64,000 bases of DNA from an uncultured delta proteobacterium (GCA_963808625.1 CAWEHK010000022.1:38097-102096), one strand, 5' to 3'; positions 1 to 10,236 are shown, counted from the stretch's first letter. The notes: generated by a model from the sequence alone, not told the origin. A program made the numbers and translations.

Positions 1-505
1 GCTCCAGGCGATTCAGCTCATTGCCTGCAACCTCCGGGCCGCCGTGGCCAACGGCGCCGATATGCTCGCCCGCGACAACATGGCGTATGCTGAATACCTG
101 GCAGGCATGGCGTTCAACAATGCCAGCCTCGGACATGTTCATGCGATGGCTCACCAGTTGGGTGGCTTCTACAACCTGCCCCACGGTGTCTGCAACGCCA
201 TCCTCCTTCCCCACGTTGAGAGATTCAACCTGATTGCCAAGGTTGACCGTTTCGTCGATATCGCCAAGGCCATGGGCGAGAATGTGGAAGGTCTGGCGCC
301 TCGTGATGCGGCGGAAAAAGCCCTCGAGGCGATCAAGAAGCTCTCGGCTGATGTCGGTATTCCCAGCGGCTTGACGGAACTGGGAGTCAAAGAGAAGGAC
401 CTCAAGACGATGGCCGAAAATGCTCAGAAAGATGCCTGTGGGTTTACGAATCCTCGCTGCCCCACCCTGGACGATGTGATCCAGATCTACAAGTGGGCAC
501 TGTAG
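1..505 (+). CDS. adh: Iron-containing alcohol dehydrogenase, C-terminal part (5' end outside window)
   Basis: Motifs AGMAFNNASLGHVHAMAHQLGG, HGVCNAILLPHV and KDAC..TNPR are typical of Fe-ADH. Confidence 0.93.
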   Translation, partial: LQAIQLIACNLRAAVANGADMLARDNMAYAEYLAGMAFNNASLGHVHAMAHQLGGFYNLPHGVCNAILLPHVERFNLIAKVDRFVDIAKAMGENVEGLAPRDAAEKALEAIKKLSADVGIPSGLTELGVKEKDLKTMAENAQKDACGFTNPRCPTLDDVIQIYKWAL

Positions 506-536
506 AGGTCATAACGCCACCGTTTTCGACTACTCC

Positions 537-588
537 GGGGCGTCCCTGTCTCCTCTTCTGAAAGAAGCGGGGGGCAGGGTGTCCCTTT
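537..588 (+). terminator. Probable intrinsic terminator after adh
   Basis: Long GC-rich imperfect stem ggggcgtccctgtctcc...gggggcagggtgtccc followed by ttt. Confidence 0.5.
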
Positions 589-615
589 GAGAAGTTAAGC
601 GGGCGAACGTATAAT
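587..615 (+). promoter_or_regulatory. Sigma70-type promoter upstream of aor
   Basis: TTGAGA (587-592), 17 bp spacer, TATAAT (610-615). Confidence 0.65.
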
Positions 616-773
616 TCTGCCTGAAATGTGAGAGGGTCATGGTGCTTTCCATTGAGGTCATTTGAGGCACTAACTGCCTTCGCAAAGGTTTTCCTCGATC
701 CCGCCAGATATTTCCGTAAAGGGGGCCATCCAGGTCGAGCGTTTGATACTATGTACATTAAGGAGATGTTTTC

Positions 774-2504
774 ATGGGTAAATTCATCCGGGTAGACATG
801 ACATCGAAAGATGTCAGCATTGGCGAGTGTCCCGAGAAGTACGCAGGCCTGGCAGGGCGTGGGCTCACTTCCAACTTCGTCGCGGACGAAGTGAAGCCGA
901 CCTGTCATCCATTGGGGAAAAACAACAAACTGATTTTTGCGCCCGGCTTTCTTACAGGGACCACCGCAGCCAACTCCGGCCGGATCTCCTGTGGTGCCAA
1001 GAGCCCGCTGACCGGCGGTATAAAGGAAAGCAACAGTGGTGGCACTTTTAGTCAAATGATGGCCAGAATGAACATCAAGGCGCTTGTGTTCGAGGGAATC
1101 CCCGCAGAAGATAAATATTTCGTCGTTAAAGTTACAACAAAAGGCGTCACCATCGACGATGCTCCCCCTGAAATCGTGGGCATGGGAAACTACGAAGCCA
1201 TCAAAGTGCTTCAAGAAAAATACGGTGCCAAGGCTGGCGTGGCCATCATTGGTGCGGCAGGAGAAATGAGGCTTACGGCAGCCAACATTTCCTTTGCAGA
1301 TCCTGACGGGAACATCCGCAGCGCCGGACGTGGCGGCTTGGGCGCGGTCATGGGGTCCAAGAAGATAAAAGCCGTTGTTATCGATGATACCGGCGCTCCC
1401 GGTGTTACGATTGCTGACCCGACGGCTTTCAAGAGCGCTGCCAAGCGATTTGCCAAAGCCCTTACAACTCATCCGGTCACCGGTCAGGGTCTGGCCAGAT
1501 ATGGCACCAACGTTCTTGTCAATATCCTGAACGAAGCCGGCGGCCTTCCCAGTGAGAATTTCCGCCGAGGGCGGAACGAATGGGCCAACAACATCGGCGG
1601 CGAGACAATGACTGAAACAATGGAAGCCCGCGGCGGAAAACCCACCCATGGCTGCCATAAGGGTTGTGTTATCCGATGTTCTCAGCACTATGTTGACAAA
1701 CAAGGCAAATATATTACCAGCGGTTTTGAATACGAGACCATTTGGGCTCTTGGCGCCAATGCCACGATCAATGACCTTGACGCAATCGCCTATGCTGACC
1801 GTGAATTCGATGAGGCCGGTGTTGATTCCATCGATTGTGCCGTGGCCGTCGGTGTGGCTATGGAAGCCGGTATCATTCCCTGGGGTGACGGCAAGGCTGC
1901 TCTGGAACTCATTAAAGAAATCCGTAAAGGCACCCCCCTGGGCCGAGTCCTTGGTTGCGGTGCTGATGCCGTTGGTCGCATATATGGTCTTTCAAGGGTC
2001 CCGGTAGTAAAAGGCCAGGCAATTCCGGCTTATGATCCGCGTGCCGTTAAGGGCGTTGGTCTGACTTACGCCACGACACCGATGGGTGCGGACCACACCG
2101 CCGGTTATGCGGTTGCCACCAATATCCTGAAGGTCGGCGGCTACATAGATCCGCTCAGCAAGGAAGGTCAAGTGGAACTGTCCCGCAACCTGCAAATTGC
2201 CACTGCCGCTGTTGACAGTACCGGTATGTGCCTGTTCATCGCTTTCGCCATTTTGGACATCCCCGATGGATTCAACGCCCTGGTTGATATGATCAATGCC
2301 CAATATGGCCTCTCCCTTACCGGGGACGATGTTACCGCTCTCGGCAAGTCGATCCTGACGGCTGAGCGCGGATTCAATCGGCGTGCCGGCTTCACCAACG
2401 CCGATGACCGCTTGCCGGAATTTTTCGAGGAAGAGTGTCCGCCACACAACACTACATGGGATTTCACAGACGAAGAAATCGACCAAGTATTGAACTTCTG
2501 TTAG
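774..2504 (+). CDS. aor: Aldehyde:ferredoxin oxidoreductase (AOR family, W/Mo-pterin)
   Basis: 576 aa; AKSPLTGGIKESNSGG, AGRGGLGAVMGSK, CHKGCVIRC, EYET, YDPR, GADHT, DSTGMCLF, DDRLP motifs; AAGGAG RBS. Confidence 0.95.
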   Translation: MGKFIRVDMTSKDVSIGECPEKYAGLAGRGLTSNFVADEVKPTCHPLGKNNKLIFAPGFLTGTTAANSGRISCGAKSPLTGGIKESNSGGTFSQMMARMNIKALVFEGIPAEDKYFVVKVTTKGVTIDDAPPEIVGMGNYEAIKVLQEKYGAKAGVAIIGAAGEMRLTAANISFADPDGNIRSAGRGGLGAVMGSKKIKAVVIDDTGAPGVTIADPTAFKSAAKRFAKALTTHPVTGQGLARYGTNVLVNILNEAGGLPSENFRRGRNEWANNIGGETMTETMEARGGKPTHGCHKGCVIRCSQHYVDKQGKYITSGFEYETIWALGANATINDLDAIAYADREFDEAGVDSIDCAVAVGVAMEAGIIPWGDGKAALELIKEIRKGTPLGRVLGCGADAVGRIYGLSRVPVVKGQAIPAYDPRAVKGVGLTYATTPMGADHTAGYAVATNILKVGGYIDPLSKEGQVELSRNLQIATAAVDSTGMCLFIAFAILDIPDGFNALVDMINAQYGLSLTGDDVTALGKSILTAERGFNRRAGFTNADDRLPEFFEEECPPHNTTWDFTDEEIDQVLNFC

Positions 2505-2525
2505 TTTTTTGTGGGAAACCAAAAG

Positions 2526-2581
2526 AAGGGGCGCTGCGTGCCTTTGATTCCCTGCAGGGGAAATAGAGCAACGGTGCCCTT
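2526..2581 (+). terminator. Long imperfect hairpin after aor (terminator or processing stem)
   Basis: aaggggcgctg...cggtgccctt outer stem with inner ttccc/gggga; no clear U-tract. Confidence 0.3.
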
Positions 2582-2710
2582 ACGCGTTTTGCGTATTTAG
2601 ATCTCCCTGCCGGAGTCTTAATTCGCTGGAGTTATGATTTGGACAGGGCTGGTGATTTGATTACCGCCGGGTCAAACCGGGAGAAACGAATTTGATGGGA
2701 GAGACAGCCG

Positions 2711-2995
2711 GTGTCGCCAACGATCGAAGTTCGCGCGTATATGGATCTCGCGGCGCTGTTTCGGGAACGGAACTGGCCGAGTCCGCTGGAGATCGATATC
2801 CAGGGAGCAATGACCGGTGTGCAACTGCTTGCCCTGCTTGATATTCCGCCGGAAAGGGTCGAGGTTGTTTTTGTGAATGGAAAAGCTTTCAATCCGCCCA
2901 TGGCGGTAGTGACCGGCGGCGATCGGGTGGCTTTGGTGCCGCCGGGGGTGCCCGGTCCGTACCGTGCGTTGCTGGGCTTCAAGGAAATGAGTTAA
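2711..2995 (+). CDS. MoaD/ThiS-family ubiquitin-like protein
   Basis: 94 aa; beta-grasp pattern LL..LDIP...VEVVFVNG...GDRVALVPP; adjacent to aor; lacks terminal GG. Confidence 0.8.
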   Translation: MSPTIEVRAYMDLAALFRERNWPSPLEIDIQGAMTGVQLLALLDIPPERVEVVFVNGKAFNPPMAVVTGGDRVALVPPGVPGPYRALLGFKEMS

Positions 2996-3401
2996 GCACT
3001 CAGAACCGGCCTCAGCGGTGACGTGATCGCTTTTGCTTTTGGCGAAGCATTTGGCTTCACAACATCACCTTCCAGGTACCGGGCGAGGAAATCGACCAGG
3101 TCTTCAACTGTAGCCGTTTCTCAGCGCCCCATCTATCCTGACAGGTGTCTATGGTCTTCGGGTGAACCGCGATCACCGGTCTACCCGGGGCCCCCCCTCC
3201 TGCCAAATACTACTATTCCTTGTCTCTGCGGGCGTTTCCTCCTTCTTTAAGGCCTCCTTCGCTTCCCGTGCCATTGGGGCTACGAAGCATTCCCACCTTT
3301 TCTTTTCTGTTGACTCCCCTTCGGAGAGAAACGTATAAGCTAAAAGTTTAGGACCGTGCTGCTCGAAGATCAGTTGCGCTTTAGTTTTTCGGGAAAAAGT
3401 C

Positions 3402-5942
3402 ATGCATGAACATCTTTTCGGGGTTGAAAAACCCGGCCGCTACCTGGCAAGTGAGATCAACGCGTTTCGCAAGAGTTTTGATCAGGCCCGGGTGCGTTTC
3501 GCTTTGGCCTTCCCCGATGTTTACGAAGTGGGGATGAGCCACCTTGGCTTAAAGTTGCTGTATGAGTGCTTGAATCAGATCCAAGGGGTGATGGCGGACC
3601 GGGTTTATGCCCCGTGGCCTGATTTCGAGAGAAATCTAAGGCACCTGGAGGAACCGCTCCGGGGATTGGAGACGGAACGCCCTCTTCGCGATTTCGATTT
3701 TGTGGGATTCAGTCTGCAGTATGAACTGAGCTACACGAACATCCTCACCATGCTTGATCTGGGAGGAATTCCGCTCCGGGCGGAAGACCGCGGCCCTGAT
3801 GACCCCTGGGTCATCGCCGGCGGGCCGTGTGCATTCAATCCGGAACCTCTCGCAGAAATCTTCGATATGGTTGTCTTGGGTGAAGCCGAGGAAGTGCTCC
3901 CGGAATTAATCGAAGCTTTTAAGGACTGGCAAGGCCACAAGGGTAAGCGGCAGGATTTTCTCGAAGAGGCACGAAAGATTGGCGGGATCTATGTCCCTTC
4001 CCTTTTCAGGGTTTCTTACCAGGCTGGCGGGATCATCGACGCGGTCGAACCTCGCCACGCTGATTACACCACGGTAACGAAACGCCTGGTTGCTGATCTG
4101 GACCGGGGTTCGCCCATCTCCGTGCGACCTCTTGTCCCAATGTTGGAGATCGTTCACAACCGGTTGGGGTTGGAGATCGCTCGAGGGTGTACGGGAGGCT
4201 GTCGATTCTGCCAGGCCGGGTTCATCTATCGGCCGGTGCGGGAGCGCCACCCGGATGTGGTTTTGAAAGGCGCCACCGAGGCTCTGGCCAACAGCGGGTT
4301 CGAAGAGATATCCCTGCTTTCCTTGAGCAGTGGTGATTATTGTCAGATACAACCGCTGCTCACCGCCCTGATGGAGCATTTCCTGCCCCGGAAAATAGCC
4401 GTCTCGTTTCCCTCGATGCGGGTTGGGACGCTCACTCCCGAACTGATGGCGCTGATACGGCAAGTTCGCAAAACCGGTTTTACCCTCGCTCCCGAGGCGG
4501 GCAGTGAACGGCTGCGTCGCGTTGTCAACAAGAGAATCCTGGGTGAGGACTTGCTGGTTGCGGCTGAAAATGCCTTCGATCTGGGATGGCGCTTATTGAA
4601 GCTCTACTTTATGATCGGGCTTCCCACGGAAAAGTCGGCGGATTTGGAGGCGTTGGTGAAGCTGTGTCTCGATGTCTGGCAGCGGGCAAAACCTTCGCGA
4701 TCCTCAGTCAATGTATCCATTTCCACATTCGTACCCAAACCACAAACGCCCTTTCAGTGGGTCCCTCAGCTTGGTGGCGACCTTATCGAAGAGCGGCTGA
4801 ACATGCTGAAAGCGCGTCTGAAACGCCCGGGTCTGCGGGTTAAATGGCACCACCCCGGTCATAGTCTTCTCGAGGCGGTATTTGCGAGAGGGGATCGCCG
4901 TTTGGGAAAGGTCCTCATCCGGGCGTGGGAATTGGGGGCGCGTTTTGACGGCTGGTCCGAAGCTTTTCGCGAGGACGTGTGGCAGCGGGCTTTTGCCGAT
5001 GTTGGTCTGGATCCCTCCTTTTATGCCAATCGTGAACGCTCCCTGGAGGAAACTCTTCCCTGGGACCACCTGTCGGCGGGAGTACCCAAAGACTTTTTCC
5101 AAAACGAATACCGGCGTGCCCTGGAAGAAGAGCTCACGGAGGATTGTCGCTTCGGCGCCTGCACGCAATGCGGGGTCTGCGATCACCAGACGGTGCGGCC
5201 GCAACGGCACACGGAAGTCGGGGAAGGTGTTCGTTTGCGGCAGGACGTCACCGAACAGGAAGAAGCGAGCCATCTCTTCTGGTTTCGTTATAGCAAGATC
5301 GGTGTCGGGCGATTCTATGGACAGCTGGAGGTTGCCCAGAGCTTCAGCCGGGCGGTCCGCCGGGCGAGGCTGCCGGCAGTTATGACAAAAGGCTTCCACC
5401 CGCATATTAAACTCTCCTTCGTTGAGGCGCTGCCGCTCGGTTTGGAGAGCCTCGTGGAAGAAGCCTATCTCACCGTTTCACAGAAGCTCGAAGCGGGTGA
5501 AATTCGCTCCCGATTGAATGAGCAATTACCGGTCGGCTTTCACCTCGAAGAAGTGGTTTCCGTGGCGAAACCCACCCCGAGACCCGAAAAGCGACGGGTA
5601 ACGTACGTCGTCTCGGAATTAATCCCGTGGCGCGTCCGCCGTGTTTTGCAGGGTTGGCCCAAAAGGCTTGAGGACACCCTGCATAAAAAGACCAAAAATG
5701 GGGAAGCGAGAGCGGCTTTGGGTGAGATTGTCCTTGACGTACGGCAATTGGATGAGTCCTCCATGGAGCTGGATCTCTATGAGGGGCCACAAATAAACTT
5801 CAGACCTATGGCCATCCTGCACCATCTCCTGGAGGAACCCCTGGCGGCGCTCTCGGGATGCCGGATATGCAAAATTGCGGTTGTGCCCTTCATTGGGCTG
5901 GAGGAACAAGGACATGTCCTCAGAACTTATCATCAACGCTGA
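3402..5942 (+). CDS. TIGR03960-type B12-binding radical SAM protein fused to a TIGR03936/DUF2344 domain
   Basis: 846 aa; KPGRY, FPDVYEVGMSHLG, RGCTGGCRFC (CxxxCxxC), LPWDH, DCRFGACTQCGVC, C-terminal GFHPHIKLSF..ALPLG. Confidence 0.9.
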   Translation: MHEHLFGVEKPGRYLASEINAFRKSFDQARVRFALAFPDVYEVGMSHLGLKLLYECLNQIQGVMADRVYAPWPDFERNLRHLEEPLRGLETERPLRDFDFVGFSLQYELSYTNILTMLDLGGIPLRAEDRGPDDPWVIAGGPCAFNPEPLAEIFDMVVLGEAEEVLPELIEAFKDWQGHKGKRQDFLEEARKIGGIYVPSLFRVSYQAGGIIDAVEPRHADYTTVTKRLVADLDRGSPISVRPLVPMLEIVHNRLGLEIARGCTGGCRFCQAGFIYRPVRERHPDVVLKGATEALANSGFEEISLLSLSSGDYCQIQPLLTALMEHFLPRKIAVSFPSMRVGTLTPELMALIRQVRKTGFTLAPEAGSERLRRVVNKRILGEDLLVAAENAFDLGWRLLKLYFMIGLPTEKSADLEALVKLCLDVWQRAKPSRSSVNVSISTFVPKPQTPFQWVPQLGGDLIEERLNMLKARLKRPGLRVKWHHPGHSLLEAVFARGDRRLGKVLIRAWELGARFDGWSEAFREDVWQRAFADVGLDPSFYANRERSLEETLPWDHLSAGVPKDFFQNEYRRALEEELTEDCRFGACTQCGVCDHQTVRPQRHTEVGEGVRLRQDVTEQEEASHLFWFRYSKIGVGRFYGQLEVAQSFSRAVRRARLPAVMTKGFHPHIKLSFVEALPLGLESLVEEAYLTVSQKLEAGEIRSRLNEQLPVGFHLEEVVSVAKPTPRPEKRRVTYVVSELIPWRVRRVLQGWPKRLEDTLHKKTKNGEARAALGEIVLDVRQLDESSMELDLYEGPQINFRPMAILHHLLEEPLAALSGCRICKIAVVPFIGLEEQGHVLRTYHQR

Positions 5943-7479
5943 TTTTTATGAAACCCGCGTGGCCCTTGTTGAAAATGGGCAGGTAGCGGAATTTTATGTC
6001 GAGCGGACCTCCGATCGCGGAATTGGAGGAAACATCTATAAGGGCAGGGTGGTGCGGGTCCTTCCTGGAATGCAGGCGGCCTTTGTGGATATCAATTTGG
6101 ACAAGGCTGCTTTCCTCTATGTGAGCGATGTCCAACAGCCGGTGAGTGACCTGGAGCAGCTCTTCATGAACTCGTGCGAAATTGAAAACGGAGGGGAAAA
6201 GCCCGACGATACCGACGAGTCCATGACGGATAGACTGCAAGGCGCTCTGGAATTGCAGGTAAGCTACAATGACGTCCCGATTCAAGACCGTCTTCAGGAG
6301 GGCCAGGAAATCCTTGCTCAGGTGGCCAAGGAACCTATCGGGCATAAGGGAGCACGCATCACCACTCACATTGCTTTGCCGGGGCGCCTCCTCGTGCTCA
6401 TGCCGACGATGGATCACATCGGTGTCTCCCGGCGGATTGAAAACGAGAAAGAACGAAAACGCCTGCGGGACCTTATGTGTGTCCTTAAACCCCCCCATTG
6501 TGGTGCCATTGTGCGAACCGCGGCGGAAGGGATAGAGCCTGAAAAGCTTGAGGCTGAGGTGAATTTTCTGCTGAAACTCTGGGAGAACATTCAGCGGCGC
6601 TCCGAGAATGCTTCGGCACCAAGCCTGGTTTACCAGGAACTCGACATCACTCTCCGTGCCGTCCGGGACCTTTTCACCAAAGAAGTTGATCGTCTCATTA
6701 TTGACTCCGAAAGCGAGTATCGCAAGGTACTGAGTTTTACCGAAACCTTTCTGCCCTCCCTGCAGACGGCGGTCGAGCTTTACGATGGGGACGAACCGAT
6801 TTTTGACGCCTACAGCATCGAGATGGAAATTCAACGGGCGCTCAGCAAAAAAATCTGGCTGAAATCGGGCGGCTATATCGTCATTGAGATCACGGAAGCC
6901 CTGACGGCAATCGATGTCAACACCGGCCGGTATGTGGGGAAACGCAACCTCGAGGAGACCATCCTCAAGACCAACCTCGAGGCCGTGAAGGAAATCGCTT
7001 ATCAATTGCGCTTGCGCAATATCGGCGGGATCATCATCATTGATTTCATTGATATGGAAAAGGAGACCAATCGGGAGAAGGTGTTCAATGCGCTCAAAGA
7101 TGCCACGCGCAAGGACAAGAGCAAGACGAACATTCTCCAGATGTCGGAACTGGGACTGATTGAAATGACGCGCAAGCGGACCAAAGAGAGCATTGGGCGG
7201 GTGCTTTGCGAGTCGTGCTTCTACTGTGAGGGCGAGGGACACCTTAAATCGAAGCAGACGGTTTGCTACGAAATTTTGCGGGAACTGGAGCGGGAACGGC
7301 GTGAGATGTTTGGGCGCGAGGTCATGGTGATGGTTCATCCCGATGTTGCGGCCCGCTTCTACGATGAAGAACGGGGACCTCTCGAGAGGGTCGAAGAACG
7401 CTTGCAGGCAAGGATCATGATCAAGGGAGAACCAAGCCTTCACCTGGAACAATATGAGATCGCTCCTCTCGAATCCTAA
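5914..7479 (+). CDS. rng: Ribonuclease E/G family (RNase G-like)
   Basis: [61 protein letters not shown]; start overlaps upstream gene. Confidence 0.93.
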   Translation: MSSELIINADFYETRVALVENGQVAEFYVERTSDRGIGGNIYKGRVVRVLPGMQAAFVDINLDKAAFLYVSDVQQPVSDLEQLFMNSCEIENGGEKPDDTDESMTDRLQGALELQVSYNDVPIQDRLQEGQEILAQVAKEPIGHKGARITTHIALPGRLLVLMPTMDHIGVSRRIENEKERKRLRDLMCVLKPPHCGAIVRTAAEGIEPEKLEAEVNFLLKLWENIQRRSENASAPSLVYQELDITLRAVRDLFTKEVDRLIIDSESEYRKVLSFTETFLPSLQTAVELYDGDEPIFDAYSIEMEIQRALSKKIWLKSGGYIVIEITEALTAIDVNTGRYVGKRNLEETILKTNLEAVKEIAYQLRLRNIGGIIIIDFIDMEKETNREKVFNALKDATRKDKSKTNILQMSELGLIEMTRKRTKESIGRVLCESCFYCEGEGHLKSKQTVCYEILRELERERREMFGREVMVMVHPDVAARFYDEERGPLERVEERLQARIMIKGEPSLHLEQYEIAPLES

Positions 7480-7495
7480 AAGGAAGAAACAAGTA

Positions 7496-8815
7496 ATGGA
7501 ATGGGACCGTTCAAAGAAACTTTATGAAGAAGCCTGCCAATGGATACCGGGCGGCGTAAATAGCCCGGTGCGCTCGGGGCGCGCCGTCGGCGTAAGCCCC
7601 ATCTTTGCCAGTGCGGCCAAGGGGTGCTGTTTGGTTGATGCCGACGGCAATCGATTTGTGGACTATGTTGGTTCCTGGGGCCCAATGATCGTCGGGCACG
7701 CCCATCCGAAGGTCGTGGCTGCGGTGCAGGGCGCGGCCCTGAACGGGACTTCCTACGGGGTTCCGACGCAGTTGGAAGTGATGATGGCGCAGAAGGTTGT
7801 GGCCATGGTCCCTTCCCTTGACATGGTGCGCATGGTCAATTCCGGGACGGAAGCCACCATGAGTGCGATCCGGCTGGCACGAGGCTACACCGGACGCAAG
7901 AAACTCGTCAAGTTTGACGGCTGCTATCATGGCCATGGCGATAGTCTGCTGGTCAAGGCCGGTTCGGGATTGGCCACACTGGGGATTCCGGGGAGCCCGG
8001 GGGTCCCCGAGGATCTGGCGCAACACACGCTCTCTCTGCCGTACAATGACCTGGAGGCGGTGAGGCAAGTCATGGAGCGTGTTGGTGAGGACGTGGCGGC
8101 GGTGATCGTAGAGCCGGTGGCGGCCAATATGGGCGTGGTCCTGCCGAAGACCGGGTTCCTGCCGGGATTGAGGAAATTATGCGATCAATATGGGAGTCTT
8201 TTGATTTTTGATGAAGTCATTACGGGGTTTCGCCTTGCGCGGGGCGGGGCCCAGGAGGTCTTTGGGGTGCTGCCCGATCTGACCTGCCTGGGCAAGATTA
8301 TCGGGGGCGGTTTGCCGGTCGGGGCCTTCGGCGGCAAGCGGGACATCATGGCGCGCATGGCGCCCCTGGGAGACGTCTACCAGGCCGGGACCCTGTCTGG
8401 AAACCCTCTCGCCATGAGTGCGGGTTTAGCCACGCTCGAACTGCTTGAGCAGGATGGGTTTTACGAATTGCTTGAGGAAAAATCCGCATACCTGGCGAAG
8501 GGTCTGAAAGAAGCTGCGCAAGCGGCCGGCGTCAACGTCGTCTTGAACCGGATCGGGTCGATTGGCTGCGGCTTTTTCACGTCCGAACCCGTAGACGACT
8601 TTGCCAGTGCTTTGAAATCGGATACCCAGGCTTATGCGCTCTTTTTCCAGGAGATGCTGAAGCGCGGAATTTATCTCGCTCCCTCCCAGTTTGAGGCATT
8701 TTTCATAAGCGCTGCCCACGAGAGAGAGGATTTGGACCGTACCATCGAAGCGGCAACGCAAGCGCTGCAACAGGTTAAAGAGAAGTTTGGGGCATCGTCC
8801 AGAAAAAAGCGTTGA
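7496..8815 (+). CDS. hemL: Glutamate-1-semialdehyde 2,1-aminomutase
   Basis: [63 protein letters not shown]. Confidence 0.97.
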   Translation: MEWDRSKKLYEEACQWIPGGVNSPVRSGRAVGVSPIFASAAKGCCLVDADGNRFVDYVGSWGPMIVGHAHPKVVAAVQGAALNGTSYGVPTQLEVMMAQKVVAMVPSLDMVRMVNSGTEATMSAIRLARGYTGRKKLVKFDGCYHGHGDSLLVKAGSGLATLGIPGSPGVPEDLAQHTLSLPYNDLEAVRQVMERVGEDVAAVIVEPVAANMGVVLPKTGFLPGLRKLCDQYGSLLIFDEVITGFRLARGGAQEVFGVLPDLTCLGKIIGGGLPVGAFGGKRDIMARMAPLGDVYQAGTLSGNPLAMSAGLATLELLEQDGFYELLEEKSAYLAKGLKEAAQAAGVNVVLNRIGSIGCGFFTSEPVDDFASALKSDTQAYALFFQEMLKRGIYLAPSQFEAFFISAAHEREDLDRTIEAATQALQQVKEKFGASSRKKR

Positions 8816-8842
8816 CTCAACCGGACGACTGTGCTAGGTACT

Positions 8843-8860
8843 CTGTGAACTTTTACACGA
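8843..8860. promoter_or_regulatory. Putative Rex operator upstream of the F0 atp operon
   Basis: CTGTGAACTTTTACACGA resembles TTGTGAA-N4-TTCACAA; lies between TTGACT (8812-8817) and the atpZ start. Confidence 0.6.
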
Positions 8861-8868
8861 AGTGGCTT

Positions 8869-9109
8869 ATGAAAGAAGATACCAGAAAATATTTGCGGGA
8901 ATTGGCAGACGGCGAGTTCCATCGGATTTCAGGTGGTGTTTGCCATTTTCATCGGTTTGTTCATTGGTGTCTGGCTGGATACCATGTTCGGCACGGGCCA
9001 CAAGCTGGCGCTGGTTTTTATGTTGCTGGGAGTGGCCGCCGGTTTTCTTAACTACTATCGTTTCGCTCGCCGGCAGCAGGAAGAAGATTCCAAGGATTCC
9101 AAGAAGTAG
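8869..9109 (+). CDS. atpZ: AtpZ/ATPase gene1 family membrane protein (one apparent 1-nt insertion near 8908)
   Basis: Rejoined: MKEDTRKYLRELA-TASSIGFQVVFAIFIGLFIGVWLDTMFGT...LGVAAGFLNYYR...; span is 241 bp = 240+1. Confidence 0.8.
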
Positions 9110-9513
9110 TGGTTCCGGTCCTTGTGAATGAAGAACAACTGGTGCGACGGATCGAGGTTGTAAACGTCATCCTCATGGGCCTGTTGCCCCTGGGGGCGTG
9201 GGTGCTTGTCTCGGCGAAGACGGCTCTCGGGGTTTTTCTCGGTGCCGCCATTGTAACGTTGAGTTTTCGCGTACTCAAATGGCAGCTGAACAAGGCCTTC
9301 CGGACCCCGGGTAAGCTTCCCCAAAAAGGGCGGGTTTTTGTAAGTTACTATCTGCGCTATGTGGGGACGTTGTTTCTGGTGTTTGTCGTCATGTACTACG
9401 GTTGGGCAGATCCTATTGCGTTTCTGGTGGGATTGTCGGTTGTTGTTATGAGTATCATGGTTGGCGGAGGGTTGGAGATTTTGATGTCGCTTGCAAAAAA
9501 GGGGGAAAGTTAG
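9109..9513 (+). CDS. atpI: ATP synthase protein I
   Basis: Four hydrophobic segments, YYLRY, position before atpB; start could be the GTG at 9124. Confidence 0.8.
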   Translation: MVPVLVNEEQLVRRIEVVNVILMGLLPLGAWVLVSAKTALGVFLGAAIVTLSFRVLKWQLNKAFRTPGKLPQKGRVFVSYYLRYVGTLFLVFVVMYYGWADPIAFLVGLSVVVMSIMVGGGLEILMSLAKKGES

Positions 9514-9516
9514 GAT

Positions 9517-10236
9517 ATGGAGCATCCGATTCTATTCTTGAACATCCTGTTTGAAAAGCTGGGACTGCCGGTCGTCGGCGCGGATCAGGCCCACACTTTC
9601 CTGGAATTCCTGCTGCAGCCACATGTTACGTATGCCTGGGTGGCCATGCTGTTTCTGTTGGTTTGCGCCAGGCTGGCCGTAAAGCGCCTGGAAATGGTTC
9701 CCAAAGGGGGGCAGAACTTTTTCGAGATGGCGATCACCGGGATCGAAGATTTCATGATCGGTGTCACCGGCGAAGAGGGTCGTTTTGTTTTTCCTTTGAT
9801 TGCTACTCTGGGCTTCTTCATTTTGACCTGCAATTACATGGGAATGGTCCCCGGGTTTTTCTCGCCGACGGCCAGTCTCAATACCACGGGCGCCTGTGCG
9901 GTGATCGTTGTGGTCTTCACCCATCTGATCGGCATCAAGTTTCACGGCGCCAAATACATCAAGCATTTCATGGGGCCTGTCTGGTGGCTGGTGCCTCTCA
10001 TTCTGCCGATTGAAATCATTGGCCATCTTGCCCGTGTTCTCAGCCTCTCCATCCGTCTCTTTGGGAATGTCTTCGGAGAGGAACTCGTGCTCGGTATTCT
10101 TTTCTTCCTCGTCGGGCTCTACCTGGCTCCCTTGCCCATGATGTTCCTCGGTCTCTTTACCGGCTTCATTCAGGCATTCATCTTCTGCCTGTTGTCCATG
10201 ATGTACTTTGCGGGGGCCATCGAGCATGCGCACTAA
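9517..10236 (+). CDS. atpB: F0F1 ATP synthase subunit a
   Basis: PIEIIGHLARVLSLSIRLFGN, IQAFIFCLLSMMY. Confidence 0.96.
   Translation: MEHPILFLNILFEKLGLPVVGADQAHTFLEFLLQPHVTYAWVAMLFLLVCARLAVKRLEMVPKGGQNFFEMAITGIEDFMIGVTGEEGRFVFPLIATLGFFILTCNYMGMVPGFFSPTASLNTTGACAVIVVVFTHLIGIKFHGAKYIKHFMGPVWWLVPLILPIEIIGHLARVLSLSIRLFGNVFGEELVLGILFFLVGLYLAPLPMMFLGLFTGFIQAFIFCLLSMMYFAGAIEHAH

Noticed and set aside
622..773. Moco/tungsten-cofactor or c-di-GMP riboswitch before aor
   Set aside because: The conserved sequence blocks I recall for these motifs were not found by eye; kept only as an unassigned leader
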